A DNA stretch of 58,089 nucleotides, filler included, from Sluysia triapertura (Eukaryota): NCBI GenBank assembly GCA_046118255.1. It is 4 parts of 4 records of this genome, joined end to end, with 100 filler letters (N's around TTAATTAATTAA, not from the genome) between each part and the next. Parts side by side here need not be neighbours in the genome. Positions count along the whole stretch, not along the records: positions 1 to 14,725 come from JBJNIA010250420.1; positions 14,826 to 30,370 come from JBJNIA010225572.1; 2 more parts are not named here. One strand, written 5' to 3'. Each line of letters starts with the position of its first letter. The first letter of the stretch is position 1. Under the pieces are notes generated by a model that made no database searches, was not told where the DNA came from, and saw only the letters and a program-made list of their open reading frames with translations. Both the position numbers and the translations under genes were made by a program. Shown here piece after piece: positions 13,299-24,787 of this stretch.

Positions 13299-14019
13299 TT
13301 ATATACATTATTGTACTACATATTTTTTTGTTTTCGAATATAAATGTAAATCTTGTTGGTTTGTTCTTAAAATTGTTTTTTTAAAAGCCTCAAGCCTATT
13401 TTATTAACTTGTTTAATTGTTGCTAAAAAGTTTAATATTTTGATAATTAGTTTTGTAAAGTTTAATGTTTATAATAATTTTTTAAAAATATAACAAATAA
13501 AAAGCCTCCAAAGTTTGTTTGAGAGTTTCACCCATCAGATGAACCATAAAATCTTGTTTCATTTTGCATAATTGTTTGTCATAAAATACAGAAAATGTAT
13601 AGTTTAATACTTCTGGTAGTCTTTTGACAATAATCCTGCACTTTTATTAGACATAATAAATGTTTCCAGAAAATAATAAAATATAAAAATATCGAGCCTT
13701 CTGATAGAAACTAAAACAGTATTATTTTCATAAAGACCGAGCTAATTATCTTCAGCATAGTATCAAAACTTAGTCGTTCTAAATTTACGATACTTTTTAT
13801 TGATGTCTTGCTGATACATTTTTTAAAATTATATTGATAATACTGGCGAAATAAAAATCAATTTTTATATAAAATTTTTGATTTATATGTAAGGGCCAAG
13901 TTGGCCTAATTTTTGAATATTTCATTTTTTAACTTTAAGATATGAATAAAATTTGTCTCGTGTACATAATATTTACTAGGATTTATTATTAATGGGTTTG
14001 GAGAGCTATTAAACTTAAA

Positions 14020-14145
14020 AGTTCTGAAGCTGTGATAATGAAAGTCAAAATGTTTGCACTAATAATGTCAAAGGAATATTTGACGCTCTAAAAAATTGTG
14101 TTAAATATGTTATGAATTGTATTTGCATCTGTTACACTTTTCGAT
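14020..14145 (+). mobile_element. Possible hAT-like transposase relic
   Basis: SCDNESQNVCTNNVKGIFDALK followed, after a frameshift, by C..HLLH. Resembles the DN...N...G ... CxxH block of hAT transposases. Confidence 0.3.
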
Positions 14146-14725
14146 GAAAATATCAAATGTGGTTATACTATCAATAGATTTGTTTGAATGAAATTTGATG
14201 TGATCTAGATTTTCTTTTGAATAATCCAGAAATATAAAATTTCCGTTTAAAAATTTAATTAATTGTTCTTAAATAAAAGGATGGAGTCTTCTATACCATT
14301 ATTGTTTTATTTTAAATATGATTTAGATAATTCTAAAATATGTATAAACAATTTATCAAATTAAAAACAACAAGGTAAAATTAAAATAACAATATAATTG
14401 AATTACTATAAAAATGAAAATAACACAGAATCAGGCATATTTTGATGTAAATTTCAGTGGTCTGTTTCTGAAAATAAAATATTTTATATTTCAATTATAA
14501 ATTTAAATCGAATAAAATATGTAACCTAAAAAATGAGTGAAACTGAAATAAATACTCACAATGTATAACATCTTTATTAGCTCTCGGTCATTCTGCTAAA
14601 CTCCGTAATTAATAAAGTGATTAAAATTGAATCAGCGAGTAGTATCACAAAAATGCATATATATATATATATATATATATGATTAAATATTATAAATGCA
14701 TTTATAATAAAAACAATAATAATAA

Positions 14726-14825
14726 NNNNNNNNNNNNNNNNNNNNNNNNNNNNNNNNNNNNNNNNNNNNTTAATTAATTAANNNNNNNNNNNNNNNNNNN
14801 NNNNNNNNNNNNNNNNNNNNNNNNN
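14726..14825. other. Artificial contig-join linker
   Basis: 44 N + TTAATTAATTAA (stop in all six frames) + 44 N. Confidence 0.98.
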
Positions 14826-15838
14826 TACAATATCGACTTAATTTTGATTTTTATTGTCGGGTGTTTAAATTTTGGGAATAATAATTAGTGATACCATAGA
14901 GAGAGTTATTAAAAAATATATTTAATAAATTGACTATTAAAACTATCGAGACTCCTTTAAGTCATATTGAGTGGTAGGAGCCAGAAATTTTTAAAGACGC
15001 AACAATTTTTGACTTTCTAAAGATACTCTATTAAAATCATTTGTACATATTACTATACTAGCTCATATAAGTGGTTTGACGTTATTTTTCCATTTATTAT
15101 TAATTTTTGATTTGATTTTACCTTGCTTATGACGACTTATAAAATCTACTAAATTACTAAGCTGATCTACATCTAATAACTTGATTGCATAATCAGAAAC
15201 CCAGAAATGAATGCCTCTTCTTTCAGAAAATACCCACAAAATATGTTTGAAACCAAAGTCTTCATTATCGATATTATTTTAGTAAAATCTTGTTCCTTAT
15301 TTTCAATATTAGCATCGTTACTATCATGTTCTTGATTATTGTTACTTGAATTTAATAAAATATTTTCATTTGGTAATCTAATTTGGAATGGTAATTTCGA
15401 ATTCAGTTGTGGAAGTCATTATATTCATTATGTAGGTTTGATTGTTTGAGAACTATGATCTACAGTTGATACTCGTTTTACGAAACGCTTGTCTATTATT
15501 AAATCTAGATAATCTAATGTCTTTAACAATGTGAGCATGACTGACTCGAAAATTATGCTTTTTCTATTTGTAAATAAAATATTAGCAGCCATTCTGATTT
15601 ATTTGTTAATTATAAAACACAACAGTTATTTTAAAGTTACTAAAGACATGAAAATATGATTTAAACTATCAAATGATTGAAAAAATTCATGTTTATTCTA
15701 CGCAGTAAAATTAGAAAATCATGAATCGTAACGAATTCTCATTCAACCAGAGTGATAAAAATAATGAACAGAGCTGCTCTGGTTGGACGACCAATAATAG
15801 TACTAATTGTTTTTAACATTGACATGTCAACCCAAGCC

Positions 15839-15910
15839 ACTATCAATGGGGATCGAACCCGGGACCTCTAGCTACACAGTTCGATGCTCTACCACTGAGC
15901 TATCAGCCCC
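15839..15910 (-). mobile_element. tRNA-derived element (SINE head or tRNA pseudogene)
   Basis: GGGGCTGATAGCTCAGTGGTAGAGC...AGGTCCCGGGTTCGATCCCC has an intact D-arm/A box and a B box, but the acceptor and anticodon stems do not pair. Confidence 0.75.
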
Positions 15911-17160
15911 GTCTAACAATTTTATATTTCTATAGTCCATTATACTATAAGGCACTTTAGGACTTTTACCCCAACAAAACGAATTAAAAATGTCAGCATT
16001 AATTAAATAGTTTGGAATAAAAATGATGATAATAATGAAATCTTATAAATTAATAGTAATAATTTTGTATTTTGAAAATAATAATTTTGTTGGGATTGCC
16101 CAATTGTAGATTAGGAGATGAGCAAGAAACATATTAAATCATAAAATAAAGGAAGAACTTATACAAATCGATGGATTGAACATTATAAACATTGTTGAAA
16201 TAAGAATCACGATAAAGAAAACATGTATAATGATCCTAGAAGCTAAAGGATATCTTAAGGTTCTAAAGACCTATATAAGGGTTTGAGATCTTATGGAAGC
16301 TTGAGATGGACTTGAAAAACTTTTAGAAGCATTTGAACTCTAGAATCTTTGGATCATTGAATACCTTGGTAACCTTTAAGTATTCTTGAAATATCGATAA
16401 GCATTTGAGATCCTTTAGTAACCTTATAAAGTGCATAAAATCTTTAAAATAATTGAGAAATAAAATCTTTGTTCAAAACAATAAAGATAAGTTTAAAATA
16501 AGTTTAAAATAGTAATAATTAACATGAAGAAGTAGAAAAAGGAATCAGAGAAGTGAAGGTGAAAACATCTAGAGCCTCATGAATACCTTATAAACTACTA
16601 AACAACTTTAAAACCTCAATAAAACCTGTAAAAATAGAATAAGATTAAGTCTAAAAATAGATTAATTGATTAAAAATCATGAATAACTTTTGAATGCGAA
16701 ATGCTACGTCAAATTTGAAACTGTGTCTTTGTTTATTTTGAAAAGACCTTTCAATGAAGATACGGTTTGACCGAGTTCATGTAAGGAAAGCCATAATATT
16801 AAGCAAAGTCCAATTTTAATTAATTATTAATTATGAAATGTTGAATTTTTAATACTTAGAGTGATCCAAATATGATGAATGGAATACGAGATGATTGCTA
16901 TAAAAGAGGAGAATCCACAAGTGAACTTGAAATGTTTGTAAAGTAGTTCGTTTGAGAATAAGAACCTTAAAACCTTCTTCATTGGAAAATTGGGTGTGAA
17001 AATAGAAAATTAATTAAATAATAGAAAGTGAAATTAAATTCATTATTTATATGTATGTTAAGAATATTTTAATGTGAGAAGTAATTTACATAAAAATAAA
17101 CCGAATAGAGTAAAAGGAAATGATGTTTGATAATAAATCAGATTTCTTTTTTTTGTACCT

Positions 17161-17500
17161 AATTGTATTTGATTTTCAGCTATTTTAATAGACTCCCTAT
17201 GTAAATTTTCTTAAGACTATATTTGATTTTCAGTTATTTTTAAGATAATTAATTAAGAAACATTTCACATAAGTTTTGTTGAATGTTATATTTAAATTGT
17301 ATTTGATTTTCATTTATTTTAAGGAGGATTGATAAGAGACTCCTTACCAAATTTTTGTTAAGACTATATTTGATTTTTATTTATTTAAGGTAATTAATTG
17401 AGAAACAGTTACGTAATTTTTGTTGAAGATTATATTTAAATCATATTTGATTTTCAGTTATTTTTAAGGTGAATTGACTAGAAACACTTTACGCAATTTA
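17161..17500. repeat. Minisatellite with a higher-order (dimeric) unit
   Basis: Core TATTTGATTTTCAGTTATTTTAAG recurs five times, alternating with GACTCC...AAGACTA and GAAACA...GTTGAA spacers. Confidence 0.8.
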
Positions 17501-17943
17501 TTATATCAAAGTATTGAGTATTTTATCTTCAGACATTATTATTAAGTTTTTAATAGAAAGGAATTATTATCAAGGAATTTCATTATTTTCGTCATCATTC
17601 TTTGTTATGCTACCCAAAAATATTTAAATAACAAAATTACTATTAATTTTTAGTGTTTGTTGCGTCACTCCTGGTTGTTTTGTCTTAATTAGATTGTAAT
17701 ATCTTTGATTTTATTATAAACATATTGTTATTTTTGTCGGTTTAGTGATTCTCAGCATTTAGTAAAGAATTTTATTGATAATAAATTATATTACGAATCT
17801 TTGTTTAATAGTACATTATTGTCTTATTTTTGATTTTGATTGCCAGGAACTTAAATTTGGGGATAATAGTTACTAATATTATCAAAACGGATTACTGCAA
17901 TAATATATTTGATGTACTGACTATTCAAATTATTAAGGTTCCT

Positions 17944-18980
17944 TTAAGCTAACCAAGTTAATATTTTTAAAGACGCAACATAACTAATATTAGCTTTTTT
18001 CGATAAAACATTTGGAAAAGTATTCCTACTATGAAAATTAGATTTCGATATATTTAATTGATTATTAGAACCTAATTCTGAAACGACATTCCAAGAACTA
18101 TTACCAGTATCAGCCGAACTAGATATATCTGAATCTAAAGCCTTATCATCTTCATCACAAGTAACAGAATTCGTTGTATTAATGTTAGAGCTGCTTTTTA
18201 TTGATATGTTTCCAATGTTATTTTCTATCAATAAACATTCATTAATTAAATTATCATCATTTAAATTATTTGCATAATTTTCTTTAAAAGAATCACTTTT
18301 TAATTCATCTAATGTTGTAAATTCAACGTGTTCACTTAATTCAACCGACTTTTCCATTTTTCTCGTTTAACGTTATTATTTAGTTTTACTTTCTGATTGT
18401 GATTATTTGTTTCCTGAAAACAAGAACAGCAGAGTCTTTGACGACCACAATTGAAATGAAGTAACGTCTTACGATTATCGAATAATTTAACGACAGAATA
18501 TTTCGGTTTAGACATTTCTTATAAATGTTCAAAGCAACTTATTTTTTATTTTCATTTGATTCCTATTCTAAACATAAATGATTGAATCTATAATAATATT
18601 TATTAAATTTATTAAAATTTTAGTTTTAAATTTATTTTTATTTTTATTATTTTTAAATAATTTTTTGTAATTTCAGGTTTCGTTAAAGGTGATAATGTGG
18701 AATTTTGGTAGCAAGGTGGTAATCTTGAATCAGGAAATAAACTTGAAAATACGTTAAACAATTTAGATCTATTTTTCGAATTTGTATTTGTTTTGGAATA
18801 GCATTTTCAGCAGCTTTAATATTTTCTGATGCTTGATCATTTTTCCATGTTACATCAAAAGATTTGAATAAATTAAGATTTTCTTAATGGAAGTTACTTA
18901 TATTTTGTAAATAATTTACTGAAAATGAATTTGGATTTTTAGTTTTAAAATCGAACAAATATGGTTCAGAGAACTTTACA
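17944..18980 (-). pseudogene. Degenerate coding region, unknown Ser/Asn-rich product
   Basis: 137-aa ORF 18357-17944 plus upstream coding-like blocks broken by stops and frameshifts; no family recognised. Confidence 0.35.
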
Positions 18981-19149
18981 GTTTTCATAATATAAATTTC
19001 ATAGTTATTATACAAAAATCAATTCTTAATAGATAATACTTTTCAATCACATTTCATTACATAAATAAATTTAATTGTTATGGTTACTCTTGTTACATAA
19101 GCATAATGTTGAGTAATTCCTTCCGATTCTTTTAATTTTTTTGTTTTTT

Positions 19150-19415
19150 GCTACTGAAACTAATAACCATACACTGTTATAAGGTAAAGTGTAAAGTAAT
19201 ATCGAGACAAAGACATAAAAATGAATTTATAAGTCGAATTTGTGTCCCAGTACACAATATAGCCATATCATAAACTTGAGTATAGACACTGACAATCGAC
19301 AAATGCAAGTACTATTAAATAAAGTGTGGTATTTGAGTTATTGAGACGTTGTGAAACAAGAACTGCTATTGTGAGGCAATTTCCCAAAATACCGAATATG
19401 ACAATCTTTGACCGA
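19150..19415 (-). pseudogene. Class A (rhodopsin-like) GPCR fragment, TM1-TM3, peptide-receptor-like
   Basis: IVIFGILGNCLTIAVLVSQRLNNSNTTLYLIVLAFVD carries the TM1 GN and TM2 LAxxD motifs. It is followed by a stop, a frameshift and a WLLVSVA TM3-like remnant. Confidence 0.85.
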
Positions 19416-19614
19416 ATCAATATTCATGAATAATGAATGAAATAAAATTCTGTTGAAAATACAATCGAGCTATTCGATAATGATGACGACGGTTTCTGTT
19501 ATGAATTGGTGTACAGATGGATGAAACTTTCAAAAACGATAATTGTGGTTTTGTTGACGCTATTTCTTAAAATAATAATGAATCCTGCGAAATTTCTGAT
19601 GATGTCGGAAGAAC

Positions 19615-19903
19615 CAAAGAATAAGAAAAATTGAAGGTAAAGATAAGAGAAATAATAATGATAATAATAACGTATTTATTGTATATTTTTAAAATAATGC
19701 TGTAATAATATTATTATAAAAATTATTATACGACAATCATATTATAAATAATAAAGACAATAATTATTATATATCTTAATACGATTGGATTTGTAATAAG
19801 ATTATGTTTTTTGAATGAATCAAGTAGCTTGTGTGATGTTCTATGTATGTATGAGATGTTTTTATGTGATGATGTGTGATGAATTTTATATGTTTTCCCT
19901 ACA
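19615..19903 (-). mobile_element. TGTA-terminus leader repeat, copy J
   Basis: Colinear with 11115-11405; begins TGTAGGGAAA; upstream of the GPCR relic on the same strand. Confidence 0.75.
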
Positions 19904-21429
19904 ATCCTTTTCTTGAACAATCTGAACATGCTAAACAAGTCACATCATGATGGTTAGAACAACCCGAAGAAGATATAACAATTGCAAGAATCATGGTTAA
20001 ATTATGCTCAATCATTGAAAACGAACTAATCAACAAATTTTCATAGCGAATATTGATATTTTACTGCGTTTTAATACATTTTGTTATTTCTTAATTTCTT
20101 TGCCATCAGTGGACAGCATGGATATAAAATGTGTGTCGAACATATTTTGTTCTTATCCTGACTGCGACACGAATATGATGAATAGTGAAACTAAATAAAA
20201 AAGAACGATTTAAACATAACGAACTTAAAACACAAACATGATGCTTCCACACGCGAACCAACAAACCAAGTAAAGTCTACTGAAACTCAGATAATAAAAA
20301 ATATCAAAAGTATTAAAAGAAATTGAAATGAAAAATGTCAATGAAAACACAAAATAGTCTTCTGAAGTATTTAAATGTGAAAATATACAAGATTATGATT
20401 TGAAAGGGATATTGGATCAAGTTGTAAAGGCTCATGATCACATATGTAATTCTTAAGTTGCATTAAAATTGATACGTAATTATGTCGTTTAATTATTATT
20501 TGTTTTATTACATATGCTATCGAAAATGATTAATGTTTCAATTTATGATTACAAATTTTTGCCATTCTTTCAAGTTAACTTTCTCTTGTTTTGTATCACG
20601 AGGCTTAGTTTTAATTTACTAATAAGTATTTTTCTCATATCACTCGAATTTGTTTTATTCTCTGCATGTTTATCACGACTAGAGACGTTCTTAGCCGATA
20701 AACTAAAAATAGAATATTATTGTTTTTGAAAATTGCAATGTATTGAAAACGTTGCTTGTTTTTATAGAAATAAAAATTATATTATATTTCAAAATCATTC
20801 TTCTAAAGATGTTGACGCGATTAAAGCATACCAAAATGTAGAATATATTTTTTCATTGAATTACACACACTTATTTCTTACTCGGTGAATGATTGCACGT
20901 GAGCGAACATTTCCTGAGATCTATGATTGGAATACACTTATTAATTATAGTAAACAATTGATAACAACATTCATTATTATTATTTATATTTTTCCAATTG
21001 TTGTGTTGAAAAATGAATTCAACCTTTGTTATTTGTTCAATTTGTTATTTACAAAAGGCTTTAAGCCTACTTTATTAATGGTTTTAAAGTTAAATTTGAA
21101 TTGTTTTTGTTAGGTAAATTTTTAACTTTTTTAATAAAAAATTAAAAACAAAATTTAATGTATCCATTAATTGCTATAAAAGAAAAGAGATAAACAAAAA
21201 TAATTATAAATTTCGAATATTAAAAGATAAAAAGCCCACTCCACAATCACAGCAATTATATTTTAAACTAACGAAGTTACTGTAGTAATCAAATTGTCTG
21301 ACAAAAGTTAATTTATTTAAATAATTCTCTCGAATTTTTGCTTTTATATTTTATAAGTTTTATAATCAACTTATATTTTTTAGTTTCTTGTAAATAGTAA
21401 GTGTGTTGTTTTCTGTCTTTTTAATTTTA

Positions 21430-22414
21430 TTAGCTCACCAACCAAAATCATGGTTTCGATTTGGTACAGAAATGGTATTCATGCGTGATTGGACATGATT
21501 GGTAATGGTTGGAAATGATTGGACGTCCACACTTGAATGATAATAATAGAAATGAGATTGATTGGACATCCAATCAAACAAAAATAATCATGAGACAACA
21601 ATTTAACCTTATTTACTAACAATGTCAGTAACAATCAAAAAGAATAACAAAGCTGTCAAGGATGACAGTATAGATAGTGGTAATACCACGAAATAACGAT
21701 TTAATTAAAAATATTGATGATTATAGTAATTATAATAAATAAACGAAATAATGATTATAATAAAGTAAAATACATTTAATAAAACACAAATCTTTTCTCT
21801 TTCTGTCAACATAATCTGTCTTTAAATGACTTTCTCTTCTTAACATAATATTTATTTTACATACTAGTGTAAATTTTATTCTGATTGTAATGTCTAAATG
21901 GTTTCAAATTGTTAATTTAATGTTTTCAGTGATATTAGAGATTGAGTGTTAAGGATTATAAAGCTAAAGTATTTTGAATTGATTTGAAGATGTCTATTCG
22001 TTGATTTAGGATGTAGTTGTGATTCTAATGTTGGGAGATAAAGAATAAAATGTTTTAAATAAATTTTGAATGTAGATTGGTGGTTTTGACTGAAGAAAAG
22101 GTTTGGACATTGAAAACTTGTGAAATAAAAACGTTTTGAATACAATTTAATGTGCATTAATGGTTTTGAATGGTATATATGATGTTGGAGTTTTTGAATT
22201 GTAATTTTAAGATGCTTTGAAATGAGACTAGGATTAGTTGATCTGAAAGAAATAAAATATGAAAAATGTTTTGATAAATTCGAAAAGGTAGTTATATAAT
22301 GTTAACTAATGTTATTATTGTAATGTTATGGAATTATGAGTAGGGAATGTTTTTAATGAATTATTAAATGTACGTTATTAAAATAAAATTTTAAAATATG
22401 GGTGAGCCAACACA
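21430..22414 (-). mobile_element. Divergent long-leader unit, copy D, ending in a CCAAT-box cluster
   Basis: Begins TGTGTTGGCTCACCCAT..TTAAAATTTTATT (compare TGTAGTGGCCAACACCCACAGCTTAAAATTTATT at 25703). G-poor tract, then TAT-rich tract, then five CCAAT/ATTGG motifs at 21488-21574. Confidence 0.55.
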
Positions 22415-23073
22415 ATTATTTTAATTGATTCCAAATGTAGATTAAAAAATTAAATTATGATAGGCGATAAATTATGACAGGAATTAACTAAATTATTTAC
22501 AGTAGCTATTTTATTTAATGATGTCAAAAAGCGAGTCATACGTCAAATCAGAATCTACAAAAGACAGTTTCTAATTTAATCTCAACAGTTATTATGTCTT
22601 CATGTCACAGATTGTTCAGTATGAGAATTCAATAAACATTTTTGGTGTTTCAAGCATTGATGCAAACAATGATATCGATATTAAAATTCGTAATGGACCA
22701 CCTTTTATTTTTATTTATATTTGATGATAAATGCTATTCTCAAGACGTTGCAGGTGATTGTTATAGTTATGAATTTTCTTTACGAATTGAATTTTCTGGA
22801 GATTTTAAGCGAAGTACTACACGTCGTTATGAAAATAGAGTTCCCAGATTTGATCATGATTCAAATAACAGAGATAGTAGTAATTTAGTAATAGCGACCA
22901 TTTAGTACCAAAATTTAATATTAGTAATAATAGTACCATAAGAAATGCATATGCCAACTTCATTTAGATACTACCCATCCCTTGGTATTTGTTACAATGA
23001 TTATCCTAATTTTGCTCGTTTTCATAATTATAATAACATTATGGGTGATTTATGTTTGGAGGGCGTATATTTG

Positions 23074-24458
23074 TTATAAAAGATGGCCTATTACATCGTA
23101 ATTAGTTTCTGCCATGATATTAATAAGTTTACTTATGTATATAACTGTATTATATTTCGACATTCTTTCCTTACAGATTTGACTATATCTGAACTTATTT
23201 GCTTTATAAATCTTACATAAATTTCCGGATTGAATACATCTACATATTAATTCATTTATTTCAAATATTAATTCATCATTAATTCTATGCTTATTTAATT
23301 CAAAACGAAATATACAAAGTGTTTTATTTAACAAGTAACAAAGTAACGTTTTAGAAACATGAAGACTAAATTTATTAGAATAATAAATTATTAAAATTTT
23401 AAAATTGAAATCGTCAATAATAAAAATTAAAAATGTAAAATGTTTCATTTCATCGTCAACCCCCATTTCCCACCAACTTTTCTGCTGCATTTCGCGGATC
23501 CACCTAAGATATTTACAAACTAAATTAAAAATTAATAGATATATAAAATTAACACTCACTAGGCCACCCCTAACACTAATCATGATGTACTCGTTAAAAC
23601 TTGCAGATTGATCACCACCAAGTATGTCTACGGCATTATCATTACATTGTGATCGTAAATTCAGTGAATATGATCCAAAGTCTAAATTTGTTTGATCATC
23701 ATCATTATTTATTAATGAAATTTGATCCGAATAATCATGTTTATTCAAATAGTCTAATTTGTCAAACAAATCTTTCATTTCTTCAAGATTCACATTTTGA
23801 CACCCGTGACTTATGATCGAATTGGTCTGAATTTTAGTTTTTATAATTGATTTAGCGCACGCTTTGTTTTCTGACGAACTCTTATAAGGAAAATTGTGAT
23901 CCCTGTCAGGACACAAATCGTATTCATTACTTAAAATAGTTTCTTTATGATTACTAAATAAAGCTTTATTTTTCTTCAATGATTTTGTAGTTCCGCTTTA
24001 GATAGATTAGTAATAATAAATTGAGAATTCATTCCAGGAATATCTATTGACATAAATTCATTTCTTACATCAGTATTGGTAACAATTTGATCGATAAAAT
24101 TGATCGACACTAATGAATTATTTCGAATATCAAATCGTAAAGTTCGTGTTAAGTTGTGCAGAAAACTGTTCATAACTAAATCTCGATAATTTTCATCTTT
24201 CTCTTTATCGAATGAATAATGGTAATATGGCAAAGTAGTAATGTGATTGTTTGACCATGATTTCATGATGTTTAATTCTGTATTTTTACATTTATCTTCT
24301 TCAAAAACTACGTAAAATGAACTGCTGGTAACATTTTTTTGTTCAAGTACTGACATAGTTACTTTTTCATTGTCTGGAGTATAGAACATTGCTACACTGT
24401 TTGGAAAAGAGTCAAACGTTTTATAATCTACGTACTTTTGGTTAGTAATGAGCAACAT
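23074..24458 (-). pseudogene. Best-preserved member of the unknown ORF family (copy B): two overlapping ORFs probably split by a frameshift
   Basis: ORFs 24458-23976 (160 aa) and 23979-23074 (301 aa) abut. A 40-nt GTGAG...TTAG segment lies at 23559-23520. No RT, integrase or transposase motif seen. Confidence 0.55.
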
Positions 24459-24623
24459 CGTATAGGATTATTTTAAAAATTAAAAATTGAAATAATTGAA
24501 CTGAGAATTCTCCTTTAAAAATGATACTGAATTTTACTAATTTTAATTTTTTTTAAATTTTTAATCGTGACTGAGTATTTTGTATAATCATAAAAATTTT
24601 AATTTTTCTATCAGTCTAATTTT

Positions 24624-24787
24624 GCTTGCCCAATCAGAGTATTTGTGAGAATTGTCAGTAATTTATACTCTGATTGGGTAATGAATAAAATCTATTAAAA
24701 ATTAATTTTAGATTACCAACCGTCATCAGTACTGTCACTCGAATGACACTTTGTAACAGCGTTATAAGTACTGATGATGGCAGCAAC
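24624..24787 (-). promoter_or_regulatory. Double-dyad module, copy B
   Basis: Arms 24720-24733 / 24767-24780 pair at 13/14 (61-bp span). Perfect 14-bp arms CCCAATCAGAGTAT 24629-24642 / 24665-24678. Confidence 0.8.

Noticed and set aside
14770-14781. TTAATTAATTAA palindrome inside N runs (also 30415, 42885)
   Set aside because: Synthetic linker; adjacency across it has no biological meaning.
15839-15910. Functional tRNA-His(GTG)
   Set aside because: Acceptor and anticodon stems do not pair.
17161-17500. CRISPR array
   Set aside because: Spacers are repeated and variable in length, the context is eukaryotic, and no cas genes are present.
20514-21113. Short hydrophobic ORFs here and similar ones at 29571-29942, 38172-38390, 51440-51778
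   Set aside because: Composition (F/L/I/N/K) is what AT-rich non-coding DNA yields; no motifs.
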